Shown here: positions 26,110 through 26,311 of the stretch, piece after piece
How the letters are laid out: every line of letters starts with the position of its first letter
Position numbering within the stretch: position 1 is the stretch's first letter
NCBI GenBank assembly: GCA_947627385.1
Contig: CANQVV010000016.1
Coordinates: 1 to 26,311, forward strand
DNA: 26,311 nt
Source: an uncultured Bacilli bacterium
GTDB taxonomy: Bacteria > Bacillota_I > Bacilli_A > RF39 > UBA660
Reading direction: 5' to 3'
Notes under the pieces: generated by a model
Seen by the model: only the letters and a program-made list of their open reading frames with translations
What the model was told of the DNA's origin: nothing
The model's database searches: none
Program-made: the position numbers and the translations under genes

Positions 26110-26311
26110 CTACATACTTATTTCCATATCATCAGATTTATCTTTTTCAGATCGGTCATATTTTCGATTAACTTCTTTTGCATAATATTCCATATCATCA
26201 TAATCAATTTCATCATCTTCTTTATAATGAATACCTAACTTATGACCTAATGCTCTACAAATCTTATCACAAAGATTAAACATTTTTTCTTTAAAGTTAT
26301 TAAAGGTTTCT
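26110..26311 (-). CDS. Small acidic hypothetical protein, open at the window edge (at least 67 codons)
   Basis: Minus-strand frame ...ETFNNFKEKMFNLCDKICRALGHKLGIHYKEDDEIDYDDMEYYAKEVNRKYDRSEKDKSDDMEISM with the stop at 26110-26112. Not in the ORF track because it is edge-truncated. Confidence 0.3.
   Translation of the reverse strand, partial: ETFNNFKEKMFNLCDKICRALGHKLGIHYKEDDEIDYDDMEYYAKEVNRKYDRSEKDKSDDMEISM

Larger units (their letters stand above)
22936..26311. mobile_element. Left portion of an integrated recombinase-bearing element (repeats, Bro/DinD gene, large serine recombinase, small ORF). Continues beyond the window.
   Basis: Abuts the truncated ABC ATPase gene. Contains phage-type genes and a site-specific recombinase. 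The host-gene N-terminal half is not found within the window. Confidence 0.5.

Noticed and set aside
26000-26185. 61-aa + strand ORF in the AT-rich region right of the recombinase
   Set aside because: Low-complexity (I/L/F/Y/S) with no RBS. It overlaps the better-supported minus-strand small ORF (26110-26311).
1-26311. Scan for CRISPR arrays, rRNA and tRNA genes
   Set aside because: No regularly spaced direct repeats. No 16S/23S-like conserved blocks. No GTTCGA/TCC T-arm-containing cloverleaf candidates in the intergenic regions.

Overview
This is a strongly AT-rich bacterial chromosomal segment that reads with the standard genetic code (the full-length LeuS, GH31 and recombinase ORFs use TGA only as stop). 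A T-box leader upstream of leuS and the rlmB-sigH gene order are consistent with a low-GC Firmicute-type organism.

Left to right, the window contains:
- A membrane-stress-like cluster: a repeat-domain membrane protein, a YdjI-like SPFH/Band-7 protein with three C-terminal zinc ribbons, a small polytopic membrane protein, and a membrane protein with a C-terminal zinc ribbon. Its promoter has a G8 tract in the spacer.
- A radical-SAM TIGR01212 gene on the minus strand, divergent from rlmB-sigH.
- A self-contained three-gene operon of unknown proteins (6214-8369) with its own promoter and terminator.
- A cell-envelope cluster: a GH25 muramidase lipoprotein, a secreted unknown protein, and an exported PIG-L/LmbE-type deacetylase. 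An SDR oxidoreductase follows.
- A tandem-HTH XRE regulator divergent from a 613-aa GLUG-repeat surface protein.
- A cytoplasmic GH31 glycosidase.
- A Leu T-box leader driving a small membrane protein gene followed by leuS.
- A Fic/Doc-fold protein with a non-canonical active-site motif.

The right end holds an ABC transporter operon (NitT/TauT-type permease plus ATPase) whose ATPase gene is cut off exactly at its LSGGQ signature. Abutting it is foreign DNA carrying tandem hairpin repeats, a Bro-N/DinD-like gene and a 539-aa large serine recombinase. This is a recombinase-borne insertion that continues beyond the window edge. No rRNA, tRNA or CRISPR array was recognised.
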